From assembly GCA_949290515.1 (NCBI GenBank), contig CASERZ010000003.1:115464-179463 (forward strand): a stretch of DNA of 64,000 nt, given 5' to 3'. This document shows, piece by piece, positions 18,861 through 27,036 of the stretch. The stretch comes from an uncultured Christensenella sp. Lineage in GTDB: Bacteria; Bacillota; Clostridia; Christensenellales; UBA3700. How positions within the stretch are numbered: position 1 is the stretch's first letter; every line of letters begins with the position of its first letter. A program made the position numbers and the translations under genes. The notes under the pieces were generated by a model, which did no database searches, was not told where the DNA came from, and was given only the letters and a program-made list of their open reading frames with translations.

Positions 18861-20258
18861 TTATTCTTTGTTTTCCGTGTTCGTATCGTCGGATTTCGCG
18901 CCGAGCTTGAGTTTCTTTCTCAAAATCATCTCGCCCTTCTTAGCCGTTACGCCCATAGCGATAATTACCGCAAGAATAAGCACTACAGCTTCGATTATTA
19001 CGAATACTACCAAAGTAATAGGAGAATCCTTGGTCTTGGTTGCCTGCGAAGTTACTCTGACAAGCGACTGTACGTTGTAGCTCTCGTTGTAATCCTTTAT
19101 CATATTCTGATATGCCGCAAGCACTGCGTTGGCGTCTGCTATCAAAGCTGCTTCCATTGCGTCGGCATTAGCGATTATCTGATTTTTCTCTTCTTCGGGT
19201 TTTGAACTGAAGTTCGCATTCTCGTAACAAGTCTTGTAATACGTCCAGTCATTGAGATTGTTCTGCGCCTCGGTAAGAGTGTCGATAGAGGTGATAAGAT
19301 TGTCGATTATCTCCTTGCCCTGCTGATTTACGATTTGATAAATCTGACTGGGGTCGCTGGGAATAATTATGTTACTCTGCGAACACAGTTTCTCGAATGC
19401 GGTCGTATAGGTCGTTACGTTCTTTTCATAAGTAGCTACCCTGTCGGTATACTCCTGTACTTTTGCGTCGATATTGCTCTTTTCGCTGCCCGAATCTATA
19501 CCGTTGCTGACAATATAATACTTGTACGTATCAAGCTCGAGTGCGAGTGCCTCCGCTCTTTTTGCCAAATTGCTGAATGAAAGATTTTGCGTCGTGGACT
19601 CGAACAAAGGTGCCTTTGCCGCAAGACTGTCCGCTTCGCTCTTCATTATTACCAAAAGATTGCGGATATTGTAATACTTGTCGAGATAATTCGTACCTAC
19701 GGACGATATCGCCGAAAGGTCTGTCGAATAGGAATACTTGTTTTTGAACGATTCGATATACGTAGACGTTATGGCGTCCACCATATTGTAGTAGTCGTTT
19801 TTGGAATTTAGATATTTGTCAATCTCTCCCGACTGCGTGATTATAATTCTGAAATTGTAATCGGCGTTGAGAATTACTTCTTCTGCGTTTTTATTGACGT
19901 TTGTCTTATCCGTGATAACGGTAAGATTCTTGATTACGGGGTCGAGCAACTCCGCTACTTCCTCTTCGCTGTATCCGCATTTAATCGACAAAGCCTTGGA
20001 TACGTTGCTTACGGATTTTACTCCGTTGACAAAATCCATCTGTCCGCCCCAAGGGTCAGTACCTTCTTCTACGCCCTCGTAATAATAGGTTATTCTAGTC
20101 TCAAACTGACTCTTGCTGAAAATTACGTCCGCAAGACCGAGTATTCCTGCCCCTACTATCAGCGCGATAAGAACGTACACAATTATCCTGACGCCGCTTC
20201 TTTTGATACGTTGCCATATCATCTTGAACGTCAACTCGCCGTTTGTGTTCTCTTCCAT
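18861..20258 (-). CDS. Wzz-like polysaccharide chain-length determinant candidate (bitopic, TM at each end)
   Basis: N-terminal LTFKMIWQRIKRSGVRIIVYVLIALIVGAG TM, a long helical periplasmic-type middle, and a C-terminal TM ITLVVFVIIEAVVLILAVIIAMG. RBS GGAGGG. The call rests on topology and context only. Confidence 0.45.
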   Translation of the reverse strand: MEENTNGELTFKMIWQRIKRSGVRIIVYVLIALIVGAGILGLADVIFSKSQFETRITYYYEGVEEGTDPWGGQMDFVNGVKSVSNVSKALSIKCGYSEEEVAELLDPVIKNLTVITDKTNVNKNAEEVILNADYNFRIIITQSGEIDKYLNSKNDYYNMVDAITSTYIESFKNKYSYSTDLSAISSVGTNYLDKYYNIRNLLVIMKSEADSLAAKAPLFESTTQNLSFSNLAKRAEALALELDTYKYYIVSNGIDSGSEKSNIDAKVQEYTDRVATYEKNVTTYTTAFEKLCSQSNIIIPSDPSQIYQIVNQQGKEIIDNLITSIDTLTEAQNNLNDWTYYKTCYENANFSSKPEEEKNQIIANADAMEAALIADANAVLAAYQNMIKDYNESYNVQSLVRVTSQATKTKDSPITLVVFVIIEAVVLILAVIIAMGVTAKKGEMILRKKLKLGAKSDDTNTENKE

Positions 20259-20413
20259 ATTCCCTCCGCAAGATTTGCTTTTGTGCTTATGATAGCTTTA
20301 GTATATCACTATTATTTGCCTTTATGCAATAATAATTTGCAAATTATTGCTCTCTTCGCGCCTGTTTTGCTTGCCTTTCGCCTTTTTGAACACACCCTTT
20401 AATATTCCGTTTA

Positions 20414-20444
20414 CAAAAATACGGGGCTTTTGCCCCGCTTTTTA
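20414..20444 (-). terminator. rho-independent terminator
   Basis: cggggc-tttt-gccccg flanked by A/T runs. Confidence 0.7.
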
Positions 20445-20876
20445 CTATAGATAACTCTGCATCTCGCTCATAAGCTTGCCTTCGAGTTCCATAAGACTTT
20501 GCAGCGTCTCGCAACTCTCTTCCGTCGCGCCGCTGTACTTCTTTTTGTACTCCCTCAGCTTCTTCGCGCCCATATTGCAGCCTTCTATTACCATTACCGC
20601 TATATTGCCGTCAGAACTGTCCCTCTTCAAACGCATTTTCGTCGTCATTTTTGCCATAAACTGTGCTATCGGATTAGGGTCGGCTCCGCCCTCGCAAAAC
20701 TCCGCAAGTTGCTCTCTTGTGCGCGCAACTATATCCTCGTGCTTTTTTATATATTCAGACAATGCGTCTTTAAGTGCCTTTTCCGTCACGAAAGGATATA
20801 CCCTTTCAATAGTGCCTATTGCCATTTTGGCACCCGCATTACACTTCTTGAGCAAATTCGTGCTCTCTTCAGTCAT
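20445..20876 (-). CDS. hypothetical helical protein
   Basis: 143-aa ORF with a strong GGAGGAGG RBS. No motif recognised. Confidence 0.6.
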   Translation of the reverse strand: MTEESTNLLKKCNAGAKMAIGTIERVYPFVTEKALKDALSEYIKKHEDIVARTREQLAEFCEGGADPNPIAQFMAKMTTKMRLKRDSSDGNIAVMVIEGCNMGAKKLREYKKKYSGATEESCETLQSLMELEGKLMSEMQSYL

Positions 20877-21054
20877 ATTTCCTCCTCCGACAACGATACC
20901 TGCTTGTCGTCTGCAACTGTATGTAACCTTAGATTAGCCCGCCATACCAAGCCGTAACCTTTGAACAGACTTTTTTGTTTCATTACAATTTTCTGCAATT
21001 CCCCGTTTTTTATACGCTCCGTCTCTTCAATAATCGCAAATATATAAAAATCGC

Positions 21055-21083
21055 TTGCCAAAACATTATTTTTATGCTAATAT
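21055..21083 (+). promoter_or_regulatory. candidate promoter of tRNA-Ser
   Basis: TTGCCA, 17 nt spacer, TGcTAATAT (extended -10), about 45 nt upstream of the tRNA. Confidence 0.5.
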
Positions 21084-21132
21084 CTCATTACGAAAACTTA
21101 ATACAAGAAAAATTCGACTTATTAAGACAAAT

Positions 21133-21223
21133 AGAGAGTTGGCTGAGTGGTCGAAGGCGCACGATTGGAAATCGTGTGAACGGTAATCCCGTTCCGAGGG
21201 TTCAAATCCCTCACTCTCTGCCA
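21133..21223 (+). tRNA. tRNA-Ser (anticodon GGA), CCA encoded
   Basis: Acceptor AGAGAGT/ACTCTCT. Anticodon stem CACGA/TCGTG with loop TTGGAAA. Long variable arm GAACGG..CCGTTC. T-arm GAGGG-TTCAAAT-CCCTC. Discriminator G plus CCA. Confidence 0.93.
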
Positions 21224-21229
21224 TAGAAC

Positions 21230-21261
21230 AGGACACAGCTTTCTGTGTCCTATTTCTTTTT
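21230..21261 (+). terminator. rho-independent terminator of tRNA-Ser
   Basis: 9-bp stem aggacacag/ctgtgtcct, loop cttt, then atttcttttt. Confidence 0.8.
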
Positions 21262-21344
21262 GCGAGAGTTCGTGAGCACCGAAATAACGTGACGCTCGCA
21301 CTAGACGCATTTGCTTGCTCGCTATTCCGTCGCTTCTCTCCTTA

Positions 21345-21398
21345 CAAATCCCTCACTCTCTGCCATAGAATAGGACACAGAAAGCTGTGTCCTATTTC
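21345..21398 (+). repeat. direct duplicate of the tRNA-Ser 3' end plus its terminator hairpin (copy 1 at 21203-21256)
   Basis: caaatccctcactctctgccatagaa[c/t]aggacacag-loop-ctgtgtcctatttc occurs twice, 142 bp apart. The only differences are one C/T change and the 4-nt loop, which is cttt versus aaag (exact reverse complement). Confidence 0.9.
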
Positions 21399-21493
21399 AT
21401 TATTTTTTCGGGCAATAAAAGATAAAAAATCATAAAGCTTCTACAAAAGAATTAAAAGAGTTTTTAAATCAAAAGGTTTAAAAAACTTTCTGT

Positions 21494-21524
21494 CAAAAAA
21501 AACAGCCGTACTTAAAGGGGCTGT
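21494..21524 (-). terminator. rho-independent terminator downstream of the phosphoesterase gene
   Basis: acagcc...ggctgt followed by tttttttt on the minus strand. Confidence 0.6.
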
Positions 21525-21556
21525 CTTTTCTCACTTAACGAAAATATACGTATTTA

Positions 21557-22240
21557 CTAAGACTGTAAAAAAATCTCCTCGCAATCGTCTATCCTTAATA
21601 CAGATAATACACCGCTTAAATACACTCCCGTGTCAATGTGAATTTTGCAAAAATTTTCGATATCGCCGCTTTTTTGTAATTCGGGCGTTTTAGGATAGAA
21701 AATAAAATTGTCTTTGCCTGTTATAAATCTTGCCGGGGTATGCCCGAAAACAATACATTTGTCAGTCTTAGGCAAAACGTAAGGCTCTTTGAAAACTCTG
21801 TCATAAACGAATTCTTCAGCAGTTACTTTTTCCAAATCAACCGGCTTACCGTCTGTCAGAGGTATGCCGGAATGTACGCCTATAAATTTATCCGTTTGGA
21901 TATAATATGACAAACTTTCAAGCCAATCTACCGTATCCCATTCCAGCAAAGCTCCGTCGAAAGGAAAGCGCGCTTTCAGCTTTTGCAAAACGTCTTCGTA
22001 ATCCTCTGTACTTCTCATCAGGCTATGATAATATTTGATAAAATCGTATTCGTGATTGCCCTGTATGCAAAACGCGTTGGGAAGCGACGACAAAAGTTGC
22101 AAAACTTTGACGGAATAGTTACCTTTTTCTATCATATCGCCTAGGACGAACAAGCGGTCGCTTGGAGAAAATTTTATCTTCTCGAGCAAGCGGCACAGCA
22201 ATTCGTATTCCCCGTGAATATCCGATATACAGTAATCCAT
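21557..22240 (-). CDS. metallophosphoesterase (PP1/PrpE-like Ser/Thr phosphatase family)
   Basis: MDYCISDIHGE, VLGDMIEKG, GNHE and FGHTP: the calcineurin-like phosphoesterase motif set. Confidence 0.85.
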   Translation of the reverse strand: MDYCISDIHGEYELLCRLLEKIKFSPSDRLFVLGDMIEKGNYSVKVLQLLSSLPNAFCIQGNHEYDFIKYYHSLMRSTEDYEDVLQKLKARFPFDGALLEWDTVDWLESLSYYIQTDKFIGVHSGIPLTDGKPVDLEKVTAEEFVYDRVFKEPYVLPKTDKCIVFGHTPARFITGKDNFIFYPKTPELQKSGDIENFCKIHIDTGVYLSGVLSVLRIDDCEEIFLQS

Positions 22241-22490
22241 AAGCAACTGTTTTCCTTTAATTTTATCGTTTTCAGTATAACCCGATTTTTAAAAAATAAC
22301 AATACTGTTTTCTTTAAATCATCTCAATTCGGTTGAATATTGACGTAAAGCACCATGTTTGGTATTATAAAAGCAGAAGCTGCCTTCTTAAGGCACTGCT
22401 TTTTAAAGACAACAATAGTGCAAACTGCAATCGGCAAACAAACCTCGAGCGACAATCTACGTCAGACAATACTTGTACAAGGAGAAAATT

Positions 22491-24947
22491 ATGGGTATAA
22501 AAAAAGCAATAGACAAGCTAATCAAAAAAATAAGCGACAGATTTACTGGAAACGGTCTTATGCAGGAAGAAAATACCGCACAGGGAGAAAGATACGTTAC
22601 TCCCGGCATAGGAGAAGTCATACGTCAGGCAGGTGCGGACGGCTGTGTGTTGCTTGAAAACGACGGCGTACTGCCTCTTGAAAACGAGGTCAGGACTGCT
22701 GTATTCGGCAGATGTCAGTTTGACTGGTTTTACGTAGGATACGGCAGCGGCGGCAACGTAAATGCGCCCTATAAAATAAATCTGGACGAAGCCCTTGCAG
22801 ACGCACAAAAAGACGGATATTTGCAAATCGACGAAGACGTAAGAAGCTTCTATCTCAAATGGCGCGCTATTCCCAAAAACCAACCCAGCGACGGCTGGTG
22901 GGGACATTGGCCTATGAGCTACCCCGAAGCAACGCTTCCCGCAGAGATAATTAAAAAAGCAGCAGAGAAAAACGACGTCGCGGTTGTAGTTATAGGCCGT
23001 GCCGCCGGAGAGGACAGAGAAAACGTGCTTGCTAAAGGAAGCTATTATCTGACCGACGATGAACGCGCTTTGCTCGACGAGGTAACTTCCTCTTTCAAAA
23101 AAACCGTGGTTGTAATTGACGCGGGCAACGTAATAGATATGGCGTGGACGAAAGATTACAAAGGCAAAATTTCCGCGCTCGTATATGCTTGGCAAGGCGG
23201 TATGGAAAGCGGCAATGCCGTAGCAGACGTACTGACAGGCAAAGTCAATCCCTCGGCAAAACTCACCGATACGATTGCCTTGCACTATGACGACTACCCC
23301 TCGTCCGCGCATTTCGGAGGATTGGAATACAACGAATACCGCGAAGACATTTACGTAGGATACCGATATTTCGAAACCTTTGCCAAAGACAAAGTACTCT
23401 ATCCTTTCGGATACGGTTTGTCTTATACTTGTTTCGATATCGCTGCTCGCGAGTTCAAAAAAACCAAGGACGGTATTTGCGTAAAGGCAGAAGTCAAAAA
23501 TATCGGCAAACGCGCCGGACGCGAAGTAATCCAACTCTATGCCAGTGCTCCTCAAGGCAAACTCGGAAAACCCGCCAGAGTACTCGTTGCTTTTGCAAAG
23601 ACAAAGCTTCTGAATGCGGGAGAGAGCCAGACAATCGAATTGAGTTGCAAGGACTACGGTTATTCTTCTTACGACGACTCGGGAGTGACGGGAAACATAT
23701 ATTCTTACGTACTTGAAAAAGGCAATTACGCTTTCTATCTCGGCAACAGCGTGCGCACGGACTTAAAAGCGGGAGAATACTCTCTCGACAAGGACAAAGT
23801 GCTCCAAACGCTTACCCCTGTCTGCAAAGTGCAAAATCCTTTCCCCCGTCTTAAAGCTCAACCTGACGGCGATAACATAAAGGCAGTATACGAACAGACG
23901 CCCTGCGCGGATTATGACCTCAAAAAGCGAATTACCGACAATCTTCCCGCTCCTGTTCCACGCAGAGAGTACAACGGCGAAAACTTCAAAGACGTAATCG
24001 ACGGCAAACTCTCTCTCGACGATTTCGTGGCCGTACTCAATGACGAAGAGTTACAGGCACTGACGAGAGGCTACGGCTGTATGAACGCTCCTCAGGGCGT
24101 ATCGGGCAACGCAGGTACATACGGAGGAATCATAAAATCACTGACCGACAAAGGCGTAATGCCTGTCATAACCACCGACGGCCCCGCAGGCATACGTATA
24201 GGACGTTACAACGCGCTTTTGCCTTGCGGCAGTGCGCTTGCAAGCACGTGGGATACCGCGCTGATTAAAAATCTCTATGAAAAAGTCGCTATGGAGATGG
24301 AGCATTACTCTACCGACGTACTTCTCGGCGCGGGTATGAATATACACCGCAATCCTCTTTGCGGCCGCAATTTCGAATACTATTCGGAAGACCCTCTCCT
24401 CAGCGGTAAATTCGCGTGTGCTTTTACCGACGGAATACAGAGTAATGGCAAAGCCTCCTGTCCCAAACACTTTGCGTGCAACAATCAGGAAGTAAAGCGT
24501 AACGTCAATGACAGCAGGGTTTCCGAACGCGCGCTGAGAGAGATTTATCTCAAAGGCTTCGAGATATGCGTCAAGGAAAGCAAGCCCGTCAATATTATGA
24601 CAAGTTACAACAAAATCAACGGCGTGTGGTGTCATTACAACTACGATACGGTAGCCGTAGTCTTGAGAAAAGAATGGGGATACGACGGTACGGTAATCAC
24701 CGACTGGTGGATGAGAAAATCCGTAAGTCCCGAGTTCCCCGCGATTAAAAACAACTCTTACCGAATCCGCTCGCAAGTGGACGTCCTGATGCCCGGAACA
24801 CTGAACTATTCACTCAGCGGTTACAAAAAGTACAAGGATTTGATTAAGTCCATAGACAAGGAAGGGTGCATAACTTTGGGCGAGATGCAGCTGTGCGCTA
24901 AAAACACGCTCAAAACGCTGATACGTCTTAAAAAACGCGACAACTGA
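22491..24947 (+). CDS. glycoside hydrolase family 3 beta-glucosidase-type enzyme with permuted domain order
   Basis: The GH3 C-terminal-type alpha/beta sandwich and FnIII-like segment come first. The barrel comes last (GPAGIR, NIHRNPLCGRNFEYYSEDP, KHFACNNQE, GTVITDWW nucleophile region). The ATG at 22491 follows AGGAGA. Confidence 0.85.
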   Translation: MGIKKAIDKLIKKISDRFTGNGLMQEENTAQGERYVTPGIGEVIRQAGADGCVLLENDGVLPLENEVRTAVFGRCQFDWFYVGYGSGGNVNAPYKINLDEALADAQKDGYLQIDEDVRSFYLKWRAIPKNQPSDGWWGHWPMSYPEATLPAEIIKKAAEKNDVAVVVIGRAAGEDRENVLAKGSYYLTDDERALLDEVTSSFKKTVVVIDAGNVIDMAWTKDYKGKISALVYAWQGGMESGNAVADVLTGKVNPSAKLTDTIALHYDDYPSSAHFGGLEYNEYREDIYVGYRYFETFAKDKVLYPFGYGLSYTCFDIAAREFKKTKDGICVKAEVKNIGKRAGREVIQLYASAPQGKLGKPARVLVAFAKTKLLNAGESQTIELSCKDYGYSSYDDSGVTGNIYSYVLEKGNYAFYLGNSVRTDLKAGEYSLDKDKVLQTLTPVCKVQNPFPRLKAQPDGDNIKAVYEQTPCADYDLKKRITDNLPAPVPRREYNGENFKDVIDGKLSLDDFVAVLNDEELQALTRGYGCMNAPQGVSGNAGTYGGIIKSLTDKGVMPVITTDGPAGIRIGRYNALLPCGSALASTWDTALIKNLYEKVAMEMEHYSTDVLLGAGMNIHRNPLCGRNFEYYSEDPLLSGKFACAFTDGIQSNGKASCPKHFACNNQEVKRNVNDSRVSERALREIYLKGFEICVKESKPVNIMTSYNKINGVWCHYNYDTVAVVLRKEWGYDGTVITDWWMRKSVSPEFPAIKNNSYRIRSQVDVLMPGTLNYSLSGYKKYKDLIKSIDKEGCITLGEMQLCAKNTLKTLIRLKKRDN

Positions 24948-25011
24948 AGTCGCTTCTGATTGACTTAGTATCGCAAGCTGATGCACGCAAAAAAATTGTA
25001 AAAACCATAAG

Positions 25012-25042
25012 AAAATCCCGAAGTTTTGCTTCGGGATTTTTT
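25012..25042. terminator. bidirectional terminator; 3' boundary of the TIR operon
   Basis: 12-bp stem aaaatcccgaag/cttcgggatttt, loop ttttg. Confidence 0.85.
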
Positions 25043-25057
25043 AGCGGATTGAAATTT

Positions 25058-26386
25058 TTATCTTCTTGCTTTAAACAACATAAATCCCAGATTGAAGAAA
25101 AAGTCTTCTTCTATAAATTCTTCTTCCATCTTAGGATAATTGTTCTCAAGCCATTCTGCGTTATGCACGACGGTCTTGTCTTTAGGATTACGGCGCGCAA
25201 AATCGGCAAAGTCTTGCTTTACGAATGAAAAATAAATCTCAAACAATGCCAGTCTGTCGTCATAATCCATACCTACGGTGTTTATGCCGTCTTTAAGCAA
25301 TTCAATTTTTCTGAATCCTGATTTACGCAGCAATCCGTAAATCTGTCTGCCGCTTTTTCTGTATCCGCTCAGGGGGTCCTGTGCGCACAAACCTATTGCC
25401 GTTTCAAACATTCCGTCCTTGTCGGGATAAGCAATGTTGAAACCGTCATCTATGTCCTTGACAATCACTACGGCGTCGGGTTTTGTGAATTTGCGTATCG
25501 TACGAAGCATTTTTATAGGATTTTTTATATGCAATAGCACCATCGAAATGTTGACTACGTTAAAATCGCTTATGCCGCGTCTTTTGCAAATATCTGACAG
25601 CTTATCTTCAAAATCGTCGCTTTCCAAATCGCATTGCTCAAAGAATATCTTATCGTTCCCGAAAGATTCGTTGGCTATATCGACAGTCCCCTGACTGTAT
25701 TCCAGCCCGAGCAAAGCCGTAAGGTTTGACTTGTTTCCCAAACGGTTCATTATAAATTCGCCGTTGTTGCTGCCCACGTCGAGCACACGCATATCCTCCG
25801 TTTGGGACGCAACCTCGTCATATAAGAATTTGTCGAATTTCTCCAGCAAAATACGCTGTTTTTTAAGACGCTCCGTTTCCTTTTTATCGGTGGAATCGTA
25901 ATATGTATTTGAATGTCTTTCGCAGGATTTTTTTATCTCTTCGTTTACAGGACGTATGATTGCCTTGATTTTGTTTTTAAGCTCCTGCACAGCGTTTTCT
26001 ATTCCTTGCAAAGAAGCGTCTATCCAGTGCATACGTTTGACATAGTACTCCATAGCCTTTGACAAATCCTTGTCGTCCAGCTTGAAAGGAAGTATAGTCA
26101 ATTCTCCCTGATTGTCGATAATCCTCTTATAAGCCATCTCGACTTCGTTGAGTACGTGAGGCGACTTAGACGACTCGTTGTTGAGCAATACCACAAAAAC
26201 GCTTGCGCTGTCTATAGCGTTTACTATACTCGTAGCGTAATCGCCTATAACGTCGCGGGGCGCATACCAGCACCTTATGCCCTCATTTTCAAGTTCGCTG
26301 CAAATTCTGTCAACTACCGATTTGAGGCTGTGCTCGTAACTCAAAAATACATCTACCCTAGAAGTATCCTTATCCGATTTTTCCAT
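25058..26386 (-). CDS. TIR domain - class I SAM-dependent methyltransferase fusion protein
   Basis: N-terminal VDVFLSYEHSLKSVVDRICSELENEGIRCWYAPRDVIGDYATSIVNAIDSASVFVVLLNNESSKSPHVLNEVEMA is bacterial TIR pattern with a conserved Glu. C-terminal MRVLDVGSNNGEFIMNRLG (motif I-like) ... FNVVNISMVLLHIKNP...KPDAVVIVKDIDDG (motif IV-VI-like). The ATG at 26386 follows GGGGAG; the track's longer start at 26461 would overlap the GNAT gene. Confidence 0.75.
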   Translation of the reverse strand: MEKSDKDTSRVDVFLSYEHSLKSVVDRICSELENEGIRCWYAPRDVIGDYATSIVNAIDSASVFVVLLNNESSKSPHVLNEVEMAYKRIIDNQGELTILPFKLDDKDLSKAMEYYVKRMHWIDASLQGIENAVQELKNKIKAIIRPVNEEIKKSCERHSNTYYDSTDKKETERLKKQRILLEKFDKFLYDEVASQTEDMRVLDVGSNNGEFIMNRLGNKSNLTALLGLEYSQGTVDIANESFGNDKIFFEQCDLESDDFEDKLSDICKRRGISDFNVVNISMVLLHIKNPIKMLRTIRKFTKPDAVVIVKDIDDGFNIAYPDKDGMFETAIGLCAQDPLSGYRKSGRQIYGLLRKSGFRKIELLKDGINTVGMDYDDRLALFEIYFSFVKQDFADFARRNPKDKTVVHNAEWLENNYPKMEEEFIEEDFFFNLGFMLFKARR

Positions 26387-26406
26387 CCTTAATCTCCCCT
26401 GATATT

Positions 26407-27036
26407 TTAGCTGTCTATTTTTATGTTTTTTACGGTATGCAGTCTTATCATAGAATAGCATCTTACCTTTCCGTTTCCGTATCCGCCGTAATCGTCGTAT
26501 TCGTAAAGTATCCTGAATCCGTTGTCACGGTAGAGCTTTACCGCGGTTTCATTGGAGGTAAGCACGGTAAGCATTATGTTTGAATTGCCCGCCATACGTA
26601 TTACTTCCTTTACCATAAAATCGCCTACTCCGCGTCTGCGGTATTCCTTGCGGACGCATACGTTGCACGCCTTGACTTCGGGTTGGTAATTATGTGCTTC
26701 CTTAAAATACTTGCTTACGGCATTGAAAGATTGAGGCAAAGCTACGCCCGCTTCGATAAAAGCCATCCTCACCTCTTCTTCCTGCCAGTCGTCGCCGTAC
26801 TTGAAAATCGCTATCATACCCAGAATGTCTTTGTTGTCCAACGCCAGATAATAACAGGACCGTTTAAAGATACCGCTATCGCGGCGGAAAAGACAGGGCA
26901 AAACTTTGACCGCGTTTTCGTACGACCCAAACAAATCTTTGTATATGAACGGGTCAGTCTCCATAAGCAGTTCGGCAATAGTATAGATATCGTCATCCGC
27001 GCGGAGTCTGCGTATTTCCCAATTATCTTTTGTCAA
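26407..27036 (-). CDS. GNAT-family N-acetyltransferase
   Basis: NVCVRKEYRRRGVGDFMVKEVIRMA (R-x-x-G-x-G/A acetyl-CoA motif) and NETAVKLYRDNGFRI. TTG start at 27036 with a GAGGAAGA RBS, overlapping the upstream gene by 14 nt. Confidence 0.8.
   Translation of the reverse strand: MTKDNWEIRRLRADDDIYTIAELLMETDPFIYKDLFGSYENAVKVLPCLFRRDSGIFKRSCYYLALDNKDILGMIAIFKYGDDWQEEEVRMAFIEAGVALPQSFNAVSKYFKEAHNYQPEVKACNVCVRKEYRRRGVGDFMVKEVIRMAGNSNIMLTVLTSNETAVKLYRDNGFRILYEYDDYGGYGNGKVRCYSMIRLHTVKNIKIDS

Noticed and set aside
22355-22657. 100-aa ORF upstream of and overlapping the GH3 start, and the track's GH3 start at 22473
   Set aside because: The ATG at 22491 is preceded at ideal distance by AGGAGA. The alternative frames are basic and low-complexity and lack an RBS.
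26387-26461. Longer start (26461) for the TIR-methyltransferase ORF
   Set aside because: It would overlap the GNAT gene by 55 nt and add a basic, non-conserved-looking 25-aa peptide. The ATG at 26386 has a GGGGAG RBS and lies just before the TIR core.
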